From the NCBI GenBank assembly GCA_038065475.1, contig JBBTQY010000009.1:1-54984 (forward strand): DNA of 54,984 nt, written 5' to 3'. The stretch's first letter is position 1. Each line of letters begins with the position of its first letter. Position numbers and translations under genes: made by a program. A model generated the notes under the pieces. The model worked only from the letters and a program-made list of their open reading frames with translations. It did not search any database and was not told the DNA's origin. Below, in pieces: positions 19,206-28,157 of this stretch. The DNA comes from Patescibacteria group bacterium (GTDB lineage: Bacteria > Patescibacteriota > Minisyncoccia > Ryanbacterales > GWA2-47-10b).

Positions 19206-20051
19206 CTACTCGAGATCGTCGAGCGTGTTGTTGCTGCCTTCCGGAAGCGTGGCGCTCACCACCGTCACACCGTAGAACTCGAGGTGGCGGTTGAGCTCGG
19301 CGACCACATTCTTGAGACGGTCACGGCCCGTGAACTTGACGCGCGCATCGCCGATCGAAGTGATCATGCGAAGCGCGATGTAGCTCGAGTAGAGCTCGAT
19401 AAGCTTCATGATGCCGACGGGACTTGAGTTGCTCGTGAACACCGCCGGATTCGTGATACGGAACGTGATCTGAAAGCCCAGCACCACCGAGGCGAAGTCG
19501 CCGGTGAGGTTGGCGTTGGATGTCTTCACCACCTGGTCTCGGAGCGAGACCAGGTACGGAGCGAAGCTCGAGAAGTTCGGCAGCCAGGTACGCCCCGGCT
19601 GAGCCGTGCGCTGCTCGTCCGGCTTGCCGAAGTTGCAGACCACGCCGCTGTAGCCGTCGGGGACGTCCACGCGGGAGTGGCGCAGGTAGGTGATGTAGAA
19701 GAGCATGATTCCGGCGAAGAGAGACCCGACGCTGACCATGTACCCGAGGGTACCCGGCAGCACCGTGAAGAAGAAGATCGCGAGCAGGATGGGACCGGCA
19801 CCACCGAGATCGCGGCGATCTGGGATGAACGTGAGGATCTTCTCCTGATCCACCCCCTGGAAGCTTGCTCCCTGGCCTGAACCCTTGCCCGCAGCGCGCT
19901 CGGAGATGGTGGTGACCATACCCGAGATGCGCTCACGAATGGCGCCCTCCACGCTTGCAGCAGCCACCGAGAGCTCGCCCGATGCGGCTTCGGCGACGTC
20001 GTTGCTGAGCGCGTGAAGCGCTCCTTTGATTCTTTCTGAAGCCCTTCTCAT
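19206..20051 (-). CDS. SPFH (band-7/stomatin-like) membrane protein. Preferred start MNMRRASERIKG... follows AAAGGAG; the ORF track extends to 20186
   Basis: Two TM helices. SPFH-like core VPDGYSGVVCNFGKP...QPGRTWLPNFSSFAPYLVSLRDQVVKT...LTGDFASVVLGFQITFRITNP, aligned by eye to the stomatin/HflK pattern. Confidence 0.55.
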   Translation of the reverse strand: MRRASERIKGALHALSNDVAEAASGELSVAAASVEGAIRERISGMVTTISERAAGKGSGQGASFQGVDQEKILTFIPDRRDLGGAGPILLAIFFFTVLPGTLGYMVSVGSLFAGIMLFYITYLRHSRVDVPDGYSGVVCNFGKPDEQRTAQPGRTWLPNFSSFAPYLVSLRDQVVKTSNANLTGDFASVVLGFQITFRITNPAVFTSNSSPVGIMKLIELYSSYIALRMITSIGDARVKFTGRDRLKNVVAELNRHLEFYGVTVVSATLPEGSNNTLDDLE

Positions 20052-20067
20052 GTTCATGACTCCTTTG

Positions 20068-21768
20068 TCAGGCTGCAGCGGCAGTCGGGGCGTTGCCCGC
20101 CTCGACTCCCGCACGTTCTGCGATCTGAGCGACACGCTGCATGACCTCGTCGGGTGAGAAGCCCTTCGTCGAGATCCCAGTGTCACCCGAGATCTTGGCG
20201 AGCTCTCCGGCGAGCGCCGTCAGGTTGTCGTCGACCTTGATGCCATCTGCTCGCTTGCTGATCTCTTCGAGTCTGCTGGTGGAAGCCTCTGCGACCGCAG
20301 CCAGCTTGGCTGCGTCGGGACGAAGAACTTGAAGCGCAGCGATGGTACCGCTGCGCTTGAGGATTCCCTCGAGCACGTCGAAGCTCGGGAAGATGGCGTC
20401 TTCCGTGGGTGACGTGACCCAGACGTCCGGGATCTCCGGTACGTACTGATCCAGGTTCTCCTCGACCGCGTCGTAGACGGCCTCGAGCTCACGGATGTAT
20501 CGCTCGAGGCCCGCCGTGTCGACCCCTTGCGCACGCACTTCGGCGAGCAGGGCGTCGATGGTTGCGACCATGTTGGCGATGTGCCCGGCCGCGATGTTCT
20601 CCATGGCCCTGCACTTCGCCTCCACGATCGAGGTCATGTTGGCATCGTTGGAGAGGGTGGCCGTGATGGCCTCCAACTCCTTGATGATGCGAACGACCTC
20701 GAGAACCGCCAGCTTCTTACCGGCGACAGCCGCGCTGATCTCCTCCTCGATCTCGTCCCTGCGGATGCTCTGCAGGGTCTCGGTCGCCTGGATGAGACGC
20801 ACGAGCGACGAGACGAGAGGTAGGGCGAGTGTGCTGATGAGCTCCGAGCCTGCGAGGCTCCCGAGTGGGATGTGATCGACGATCTCGATCCCGTAGTCGG
20901 CAGCAAGAGGCTGGAGGCTCCCTAGAACCCGATTGCGATCCGGGTTCGGTCCTTCGGAGAGGTCGAATCCGGAGATGTCGAGCTCACCGATGTCGGAGAG
21001 CCGCTCGAGCAATTCCACCGAAAGGGCAGAGCTGTCGAGCTGAGCCAGGCGAGTGGTGATGCTCTCGGTATCGCTGGCCGCGGCGGGCAAGCCCGCCGGC
21101 GTGATGTTGAACCGCGTGAAGCCGTTCGAGCGTACGCCCTGGATCATGTCCTGGACGGCGCTCGCATAGCGCTTGCCGACCTGCGCCAGGAACGTGGCGA
21201 ACCCACCGGCCGCGAGCAATCGACGGCTGTCGACGACGCGCAGCACGAGGGTTCCCGGATAGGTGAAGCTGATGGAATCGGTGGTCATGCCCTCGACCGG
21301 ATCCATCTCCAGCACGAAGGGCTTGGTTGAGACCGCGGCGTATGGCCGGATGCGGGGATCGAGCACGATCGCCCACTCACCCGGCCGGATCGTCTTGACG
21401 ATCTTGTCGTACTTGGTGAGATGGATTTCGGTGCCCGGCTGCCCGACCGTAATGCCAGAACGCGCGATCGAGAAGGCCGTGTAGATGCCGAAGATGACGA
21501 TCGCGAGGATGCCGTTGACCCAGCCGAACATCTGCCACCCTCGGATGCCGTCGAGTGCCTCGTACTCGGGCAGCCACCAGAACGGCTGCTGCGCGAAGAG
21601 TACACAGACGACGAGCACCAAGAGCGCAGCGACGCGGAGGGCGTTGCCGATGAGGTGGAGCGCTTGCATCTCGAAGTACGCGATGCCGACGGTTTCCCCA
21701 TCCTTTTCCTTCCCGACCTGCTTCAAGGCGCCGTGGAACGGCGCCTTGGCTTCGGTGATTCCCTTCAT
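20068..21768 (-). CDS. Flotillin-like protein: N-terminal TM hairpin, SPFH domain, long Ala/Glu-rich coiled-coil C-terminus
   Basis: GQPGTEIHLTKYDKIVKTIRPGEWAIVLDPRIRPYAAVSTKPFVLEMDP...TTDSISFTYPGTLVLRVVD SPFH-like core, followed by ~300 aa of helical repeats. GC-rich codon usage. Confidence 0.55.
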   Translation of the reverse strand: MKGITEAKAPFHGALKQVGKEKDGETVGIAYFEMQALHLIGNALRVAALLVLVVCVLFAQQPFWWLPEYEALDGIRGWQMFGWVNGILAIVIFGIYTAFSIARSGITVGQPGTEIHLTKYDKIVKTIRPGEWAIVLDPRIRPYAAVSTKPFVLEMDPVEGMTTDSISFTYPGTLVLRVVDSRRLLAAGGFATFLAQVGKRYASAVQDMIQGVRSNGFTRFNITPAGLPAAASDTESITTRLAQLDSSALSVELLERLSDIGELDISGFDLSEGPNPDRNRVLGSLQPLAADYGIEIVDHIPLGSLAGSELISTLALPLVSSLVRLIQATETLQSIRRDEIEEEISAAVAGKKLAVLEVVRIIKELEAITATLSNDANMTSIVEAKCRAMENIAAGHIANMVATIDALLAEVRAQGVDTAGLERYIRELEAVYDAVEENLDQYVPEIPDVWVTSPTEDAIFPSFDVLEGILKRSGTIAALQVLRPDAAKLAAVAEASTSRLEEISKRADGIKVDDNLTALAGELAKISGDTGISTKGFSPDEVMQRVAQIAERAGVEAGNAPTAAAA

Positions 21769-21944
21769 CTTGTTTGCCTGTTTCCTTCCCCTTTTTCAAG
21801 GTGTCTTGGCGCACTACCCCTTTGGGAGTTTGCGCAATTGATCTAAAGAACTTTTAGCATATTTTTATATATTTGTCAATATAAAAATATCAAAAAGGCC
21901 TCATAAACAAGAGGTTTTTAGCAAGGACTATTTTCTAATCACAC

Positions 21945-22358
21945 CTAAACAATACCCGGGCTCTTTGCTGCCGCCTGAATAACTTTCTTGAGTACTGGCA
22001 GATTGATATCTTCGAGCTTCTTAAATCTGATGCAGCTTTTACCTACACTTACCTTTCCCAGTTCTTTTTTATATTTTTCAGCAAGATACGCTTTACCATC
22101 AAGCGCGCAAACATAGATGCTCACATAATTTTTCTGATTTGCGAGCGCTACCACCGGCCAATCAATAATTTCTTTTTTATAGTTTTTATACTTAAATGAT
22201 CCGTACCCCAGCATGTTGTACGCCATGTGTGCTTTGAGCTTGGGTGATGATTTTTGTATAAACGCATGCAAAAATGCAATGAGCTTTTTGCGATCTGCGG
22301 GGACTGCCGCCAGATACTGCGCTACGGTCTTGGCTTTGACCGGCCGGAACATGTTCAT
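21945..22358 (-). CDS. DUF1801 (YdhG-like) domain protein
   Basis: Typical length. ...VAQYLAAVPADRKK...CIRFKKLEDINLPVLKKVIQAA resembles the DUF1801 pattern. Confidence 0.6.
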   Translation of the reverse strand: MNMFRPVKAKTVAQYLAAVPADRKKLIAFLHAFIQKSSPKLKAHMAYNMLGYGSFKYKNYKKEIIDWPVVALANQKNYVSIYVCALDGKAYLAEKYKKELGKVSVGKSCIRFKKLEDINLPVLKKVIQAAAKSPGIV

Positions 22359-22615
22359 CCCGTTAGAGAAAAGAAGCGCTTTAGTCTATTTTTTAGATAT
22401 CTTTTGCCCATGCCTGATTTTAGATATTTTTCTCTAGCAAAAGCATCATCCTTATTTAAAGACGCTTCGTAATATAAAAGCTCGAAAGGACCGCGACCTT
22501 TGGTTGATCTTGTTTGACCAGAATTATGTTCATTAAAGCGCTTCCGTAAATCGCTCGTACATCCAGTATACCAATTCTTACTTTTCTTGCTGCGTAAAAG
22601 ATAAATATACCACAT
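22355..22615 (-). CDS. GIY-YIG nuclease family protein (UPF0213-like)
   Basis: WYIYLLRS...NWYTGCTSDLRKRFNEHNSG...ELLYYE matches GIY-YIG motifs. 86 aa. Confidence 0.75.
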   Translation of the reverse strand: MWYIYLLRSKKSKNWYTGCTSDLRKRFNEHNSGQTRSTKGRGPFELLYYEASLNKDDAFAREKYLKSGMGKRYLKNRLKRFFSLTG

Positions 22616-22638
22616 GGATTTCTCTAACGGGATTCATA

Positions 22639-23550
22639 CTATTTGCCGTCTGCTGCGCGCTCGAGCTCAGCGATATTGAACTTTTTCATTTTAAGAAAAG
22701 CTTGGGTCACACGTGCCATGCGTGCCGGATCACCCTGCGCCATCAGATCATCCATGATGACGGGTGCAATCTGCCAAGAGACGCCGTATTTGTCTTTGAG
22801 CCAGCCACACTGTTCGGACTCAGGAACTGCCGAAAGTTTTTCCCAATAGTAGTCAATTTCTTCTTGGGTATCACAATTGACCAAGAGCGAGACGGCCTCA
22901 TTGAATGCAAACTTATGCATGGCGGCAGGCGCGTCCATAGCTGCAAACCACTGGCCTTCGAGCATAAAGTCAGTAAACATGATTGAACCCTCTTTGTTTG
23001 GCTCTATGCCAGCAGGATATCGCGCAATCGCGCCGCGCTTTGAATCTTTGAAAACGGAAAGATAAAAATCTGTTGCCTCTTCTGCTTTGTCACAGGTTGG
23101 AGTTACAAACAACATCGATGGGATGATGAGCGGACGCTCTTCACCCTCGGGCTTCGTCAAAATCAATTGCCATGAGACACCCCACTTGTCTTCCACCCAA
23201 CCGTAACGCTCGCTAAATGGATATTCTTGGATGGGCATCAGCACCTTGCCGCCATCTACCAGGCGCGCCCAAATCTGATCGATCTTTGTCTTGGCGTTTT
23301 TATCCTGTGACGGGTCAAAATTGACCATAAACGATATCGCGGGGTTGAGCTTAAATGCTGGCCCTGCGCTAATCGACATCAGCTTGTACCCCCAAATCTG
23401 AAATGACACAATGTCACAATCGCCCGATGGCGTGTCATGTATAGTATTGATCTTTGTTATTTTTGAATCACCACCAAATACAGAGACGTAAAACTCAGCA
23501 GCCTCTTTAGCCTCTTTGTCATACCAGAGATGTGGAATAATTTTTTGCAT
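22639..23550 (-). CDS. Tandem PhnB-like (3-demethylubiquinone-9 3-methyltransferase domain) VOC-superfamily protein
   Basis: Two repeats of the ...PHLWYDKEAKEAAEFYVSVFGG... / ...PSMLFVTPTCDKAEEATDFYLSVFKDS... module. Confidence 0.65.
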   Translation of the reverse strand: MQKIIPHLWYDKEAKEAAEFYVSVFGGDSKITKINTIHDTPSGDCDIVSFQIWGYKLMSISAGPAFKLNPAISFMVNFDPSQDKNAKTKIDQIWARLVDGGKVLMPIQEYPFSERYGWVEDKWGVSWQLILTKPEGEERPLIIPSMLFVTPTCDKAEEATDFYLSVFKDSKRGAIARYPAGIEPNKEGSIMFTDFMLEGQWFAAMDAPAAMHKFAFNEAVSLLVNCDTQEEIDYYWEKLSAVPESEQCGWLKDKYGVSWQIAPVIMDDLMAQGDPARMARVTQAFLKMKKFNIAELERAADGK

Positions 23551-23565
23551 AAGAAATATTTGTGT

Positions 23566-23898
23566 CTATACCCCCATCGATAGACACTCCATAATCTCGA
23601 CGTATGCGCCTGGCATCTTGAGATGCGGGCTATCAGCCATGATAGCAGTTGCGGCCTCAGAAGATTCGGCTTCAATAAACGAATACCCGCCAATTTCATT
23701 GGAAATGTCCGTTGTGCCACCTGCGGCTACTCGCTTGTTTTTGCCGAGTGGTGCACCGATATCGACGATTTCTTTATGCGCCTTTGTCCACTCAACCCAC
23801 TCGCCCATACTTGCTTTGCGATCTTCGGGTGTTGAATTTTTCATCATCTCTGCCATCGCTGAGGCAGGCATCATATACAATGCTATAAATTTTTTCAT
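23566..23898 (-). CDS. Small hypothetical protein (possibly YciI-like, dimeric alpha+beta barrel)
   Basis: 110 aa. Family assignment is uncertain. Confidence 0.45.
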   Translation of the reverse strand: MKKFIALYMMPASAMAEMMKNSTPEDRKASMGEWVEWTKAHKEIVDIGAPLGKNKRVAAGGTTDISNEIGGYSFIEAESSEAATAIMADSPHLKMPGAYVEIMECLSMGV

Positions 23899-23935
23899 AA
23901 AAATACGTATTTTAACGAATAATGTTTTTGCGTAG

Positions 23936-24331
23936 TTAATTGCTTACCATGACCTTAAAACCGCCAACGGCCATGCGCTTCATATCAAATGGCATCTCTT
24001 GTGTGTGGTCAGGGTGTTCTTTCTGATATTTTGCCATATCAGCCATAACTTTTTTATTTACCTGATCGCGGTGTTTTTTTGATTTGTATTCAATATACGA
24101 AAACCAAACGGTCTCACCTGCCTTGAGTTTCGCCATTTTTGGAAAATAAAAAATAGGATAACCTCCCGTGTTGGGGTGCAGATCATCGCCAATACACTCC
24201 TTGTAGCTTAATGCGCCGTATTTCATCCACATCTTTGCGCCATCGCGCGCCATTTTTTGATATGCGGCGACATTTTTCTTTTTGATAACGAGAACAAATC
24301 CATCTACATAGTGTGTTTTATTTTTTGCCAT
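23936..24331 (-). CDS. DUF1428 (YbaA-like) family protein
   Basis: N-terminal YVDGFVLVIKKKNVAAYQKMA...YGALSYKECIGDDL matches the DUF1428 consensus from memory. Confidence 0.65.
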   Translation of the reverse strand: MAKNKTHYVDGFVLVIKKKNVAAYQKMARDGAKMWMKYGALSYKECIGDDLHPNTGGYPIFYFPKMAKLKAGETVWFSYIEYKSKKHRDQVNKKVMADMAKYQKEHPDHTQEMPFDMKRMAVGGFKVMVSN

Positions 24332-24373
24332 ATTTATTTTTGCTTTGAATAATTAATAAAAAATAATAAAGGA

Positions 24374-25024
24374 TTATTTAGGCAAATCGCCATTTTTTTC
24401 TATCTCAACAATAGCATGCCCCACATGAAACCCCATGATATTATTTTCATCTATGAACGCTTCGCCCGGCTTGATCTCGGCATCTTCTTCTACGCCGTTA
24501 AACCCAGTAATCGTTTGATCGCTCGTATTGATATGCTCGGTACCCAAAATCTCAATACTTCCGTCTTCTTGTTGGCGCATGGCAATAGTATTACCCCAAG
24601 CACCGAATTCCAGCGGTACTGCACCCTCACGCAAAACGGTTGTGGGTATGGGGCGCTCTTTGAGCACTTTTGCGATACCAAACTCACCCTCTTCCCTTAA
24701 GCGCGCCATGATATTATCGGCTATTTCTTCTTCAACAAAGGCGATGCGATTTGTCACCGGACTTATATAATAATGTTTACCGTCAAATTTGATACGCAAG
24801 CATCGCCCCTCATGCTCTACAAAATACCAAGAACCTTTTGCGGTCTTAAAAACATACTGCAAGCACTCTTTCTCGGCACGTAATTTTTCTACCAAACCCT
24901 CGGGATCGTCAAAAAATTTTTCTTTGAGCGCGTTGATATCCTCAAGAGTCAAGTTTTCACCATGCTGCTCTGGGCGCTCGACACTCATGTTGCTTACTTT
25001 TGTTTTGAATAATTGATCATCCAC
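24374..25024 (-). CDS. Hypothetical protein
   Basis: 216-aa ORF with no recognisable domain. It overlaps the upstream VOC gene by 31 nt, so the true start may be the internal Met (MSVERPEQ). Confidence 0.45.
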   Translation of the reverse strand: MDDQLFKTKVSNMSVERPEQHGENLTLEDINALKEKFFDDPEGLVEKLRAEKECLQYVFKTAKGSWYFVEHEGRCLRIKFDGKHYYISPVTNRIAFVEEEIADNIMARLREEGEFGIAKVLKERPIPTTVLREGAVPLEFGAWGNTIAMRQQEDGSIEILGTEHINTSDQTITGFNGVEEDAEIKPGEAFIDENNIMGFHVGHAIVEIEKNGDLPK

Positions 25025-25431
25025 TGTACGCCAAATTTGTCAGTGAGCGAGCCAAAGTAATCGCCCCAAAACATATCTTGCATGGGCATCTCGGCCTTGC
25101 CACCGGCAGATAGTGCCGCATACAGACGATCAGCATCTTCCTTTGAATCAGGCTCAAGGTTGATATAGATATTGTTGCCCATGGCGACCTTAAAGCCCAT
25201 TGATTCGGGTGCGTCAGTACCCATCAGCATAAACCCGCCCAAGATTGGCAACGCTACGTGCATGACCAGGTTTTTATCAGCTTCGGCCATGGGCGGGCGA
25301 CTTGGGTCTGCTGGCACCTGGCCCATGCGGTTGATGCCACCTACAAAGTCACCACCAAATATTGATTTATAAAAATTAAACGCTTCTTCGGTATTGCGTG
25401 GGAAGTTAAGATAGATACTAACTTTTGCCAT
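24994..25431 (-). CDS. VOC family protein (glyoxalase/bleomycin-resistance fold, PhnB/YjdN-like)
   Basis: NFYKSIFGG...MGTD...DMFWGDYFGSLTDKFGVQWMIN motifs. Confidence 0.7.
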   Translation of the reverse strand: MAKVSIYLNFPRNTEEAFNFYKSIFGGDFVGGINRMGQVPADPSRPPMAEADKNLVMHVALPILGGFMLMGTDAPESMGFKVAMGNNIYINLEPDSKEDADRLYAALSAGGKAEMPMQDMFWGDYFGSLTDKFGVQWMINYSKQK

Positions 25432-25540
25432 GGTGTTGAAATATTTTTTGATAGTAATGTGTCTTCATCATGATATATCAATCAGCTAATACATAACAAT
25501 ATGCGCCGAACCCTCTTAAAGCAAAAGATATAATGTTATC

Positions 25541-25569
25541 CACAGTACCTTGCTATACAAGGTACTGTG
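25541..25569 (+). promoter_or_regulatory. Perfect 12-bp inverted repeat (cacagtaccttg-ctata-caaggtactgtg) just upstream of padR, a candidate PadR autoregulatory operator. A TATAAT -10 lies at 25530-25535
   Basis: Seen directly. A 12/12 palindrome with a 5-nt spacer, 16 nt upstream of the padR start, overlapping the putative +1 region. Confidence 0.55.
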
Positions 25570-25584
25570 TGATATTCTCTTTTC

Positions 25585-25917
25585 ATGAGAGAAGAAACCA
25601 TTGAACAAAAACGTTCACAGATGCGCAAGGGCCTCCTTGAATTCTGTATCTTACTTTCCATCTCTGAAGACCGAGTATATTCTTCAGATATTTTAAAAAC
25701 ACTCAAAGACGCCGATCTACTTGTGGTTGAAGGTACGCTCTACCCCCTACTCTCGCGACTCAAGGCTCAAGAGCTTGTGACCTATGACTGGGAAGAGTCG
25801 AAATCAGGCCCACCGCGTAAATATTATGAACTTACCAAAAAAGGACGTGACACATTGGTACAGCTTAAAAAAACATGGCACGAATTACATGAATCTATTA
25901 CTAGGCTAACAAAATAA
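25585..25917 (+). CDS. PadR-family transcriptional regulator
   Basis: Winged-HTH PadR signature LLEFCILLSIS...GTLYPLLSRLKAQELV...RKYYELTKKG. Confidence 0.85.
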   Translation: MREETIEQKRSQMRKGLLEFCILLSISEDRVYSSDILKTLKDADLLVVEGTLYPLLSRLKAQELVTYDWEESKSGPPRKYYELTKKGRDTLVQLKKTWHELHESITRLTK

Positions 25918-25918
25918 T

Positions 25919-27535
25919 ATGGAGAAGACAGTACAAATAACCATCGGCGCAACCCTCTTCCAACTCACCCAAGCCGCCTATGACGAGCTTGCGTCTTACC
26001 TTGCATCACTCCGGTCGCATTTTGCAGAAGAAACGGGCCACGATGAAATTTTGCATGACATCGAATCTCGTATTGCTGAAAAACTACTCGAAAAGAAACA
26101 GGATGTAATAACAAAAAAAGATGTAACATCAGTTCTTTCCGAAATGGGTAGCGCATCAGAGATGGATGAAGAAGCAGCTCCTCATGATACAGAAACTCTA
26201 CCTCGAGGCACCTACAAAAAACTCTACCGCGACACGCAGGACGCGCGGATTGCGGGCGTTGCATCTGGTATTGCGAAATATTTTGATATAGAGATTTTTT
26301 GGCTCCGCATTATCTTTCTTATCTCAATCCTCTTTGGAGGGACCGGCATCTTCCTCTATATCGTACTATGGATACTCGTCCCCGAGGCAAAGACATCGAG
26401 CCAAAAACTCGAAATGCGTGGCGACCCCGTCAACCTCGAGGGTATCGCTCGCGTGGTCAAGGAAAGCGTTGGCGAGGCACGCAAACATAGCGCCATGCGA
26501 AAATTTCTTGAGAGCGTTCGCCGCGTGGTACACCGCATCTTCCGTATACTTGGCAAGGTGATAGGTACCGCATTTATTCTGGGCGCTTTTTTCGGAGCCA
26601 TTGGCCTTCTTATTGGCACGGGCATCATCATTACCAATTGGAATGCGCCGTACAATGACTTCCCTCTTTATGGGGTCGTCTCCAATACTCTTTTGATGGG
26701 CGGGCTTGCCGCAATCTTTGTAGTGGCGCTCATACCACTTGTCTTTATCTTCGCCCTTGGCATTCGCCTTTTTAGTAAAAAGATTTTACTTCAAGGTGCT
26801 ACCGCCATAAGCCTCATAGGTGTATGGGCAATTGCAATAAGTGCTGCAGGAACCATTGGCGTCAAACTTGCTGGAGAATTTTTTGAATACCAACGTACAA
26901 GCCCTGACTATCAGCCACAGACTCGCACGCTTGATCTGCCCGCATTTACAAAAGTAAGCACCCACGAAGAACGCGTAACCATCAAGCACGGTGATACCCA
27001 GCAGGTAATACTAGAAGGGCGAGCGCTGACGATGGACAATGTGCAGATAGAGGTAAAAGATGGCACGCTGCGCATAAGCGAAAAAGATGACTATGGCAAA
27101 CTCTGCATCTTTTGCGATGACTCTTCGCCCGACATCACGATTACCACGCCAGATCTCGACGCCGTATTCATCGAGAGCGGGACGGCATGGTTTGATGCAT
27201 ATACCGATCCCCAACTCTCTATCGAGATGTTTTATGGCGCGATGCGCGGTAAATTAGATGTGCCACAACTATCTATCAAGGCTGATGGCGGCACATTGCG
27301 CGCCACCATCAACACAGAAGCGCTGACTATGAATATTGAGGACGGGCACCTGGATATTGATGGCTCGGCAAAAGATGCAAAGATACATCTTACCGAAACG
27401 TCATTTTATGGAAATCTATTTTCGATAGAAAACGCGACACTCAACACAAGCCGCTCTACCGTAGAGCTCAATGCGGTGAATACAGAAAAGAACGATGACC
27501 CCACAAGCCGGGTCACCATCAGAAAAATCGAATAA
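25919..27535 (+). CDS. PspC-domain membrane protein with C-terminal DUF4097/toastrack-like beta-rich domain
   Basis: RDTQDARIAGVASGIAKYFDIEIFWLRIIFLISILFGGTGIFLYIVLWILVPE PspC domain, further TM helices, then a repetitive beta domain. The classic PadR-PspC gene pair. Confidence 0.8.
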   Translation: MEKTVQITIGATLFQLTQAAYDELASYLASLRSHFAEETGHDEILHDIESRIAEKLLEKKQDVITKKDVTSVLSEMGSASEMDEEAAPHDTETLPRGTYKKLYRDTQDARIAGVASGIAKYFDIEIFWLRIIFLISILFGGTGIFLYIVLWILVPEAKTSSQKLEMRGDPVNLEGIARVVKESVGEARKHSAMRKFLESVRRVVHRIFRILGKVIGTAFILGAFFGAIGLLIGTGIIITNWNAPYNDFPLYGVVSNTLLMGGLAAIFVVALIPLVFIFALGIRLFSKKILLQGATAISLIGVWAIAISAAGTIGVKLAGEFFEYQRTSPDYQPQTRTLDLPAFTKVSTHEERVTIKHGDTQQVILEGRALTMDNVQIEVKDGTLRISEKDDYGKLCIFCDDSSPDITITTPDLDAVFIESGTAWFDAYTDPQLSIEMFYGAMRGKLDVPQLSIKADGGTLRATINTEALTMNIEDGHLDIDGSAKDAKIHLTETSFYGNLFSIENATLNTSRSTVELNAVNTEKNDDPTSRVTIRKIE

Positions 27536-27655
27536 TTTAAACAGAGATATTAGATGCCGATCTTGCCCACTACTCCATCGATGTTTTTGGCATGCGAGCA
27601 TGTATATCAAAACTTCCCCATGCCACATATACCCGGAATCTAAGAGTCTGCAAAT

Positions 27656-28096
27656 TTATTTTTTATACAAAACAAAAAATGGTACTTTCTCCATATTATT
27701 TAAACCGATATAATTAAACATCCAAAGCTCTCTTCCGGATTTTTTAATTTTCGTGAACCTCTTTTTTAAATTTTTTCTTGGTATGAAAGGGTAAAACCTT
27801 ATCTCTTGTCTTCCTATACCTTCTTGAAACCATTTAAAATTCAAAATCAATGCCGGCGCAAGAAAACCAGACTTCAATACCTTATCAATAACCTCCCAGC
27901 TGGCACCTAAAATAATTCCCTTGGGTTTACCCTGATTTGTTTTTATTTGAGCTCGAAATAAACATCCTTCACACTGCACATCAAACAGCGGGTAACTTGG
28001 GGGTAAAAGCATTAATTTTTTACCACAATTTGGACACAACACAAGGGTAATAACTTCTATTTCGCCCTGATCCCCTGCAATTTTGTTGCCCGCCAT
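27656..28096 (-). CDS. Zinc-ribbon hypothetical protein at the end of the R-M operon
   Basis: CPNCGKK-x17-CEGC treble-clef or zinc-ribbon motif. 146 aa, AT-rich codon usage like the R-M genes. Confidence 0.45.
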   Translation of the reverse strand: MAGNKIAGDQGEIEVITLVLCPNCGKKLMLLPPSYPLFDVQCEGCLFRAQIKTNQGKPKGIILGASWEVIDKVLKSGFLAPALILNFKWFQEGIGRQEIRFYPFIPRKNLKKRFTKIKKSGRELWMFNYIGLNNMEKVPFFVLYKK

Positions 28097-28157
28097 GCCA
28101 CTATTAGATCACGCTGGACCGTCAGAATCAAACTGTACTTGAAAAAGTTTGGGATGT

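Noticed and set aside
18629-21846. Many long overlapping ORFs in alternative frames and on the plus strand inside the GC-rich island (for example 18629-19144, 18660-19427, 19526-19936, 20220-20534, 21285-21701, 21377-21814, 21421-21846)
   Set aside because: High GC suppresses stop codons in all frames. These alternative products are Arg/Ser/Pro-rich low-complexity strings typical of off-frame GC-rich translation. Only three co-directional frames with SD sequences and domain content were kept.
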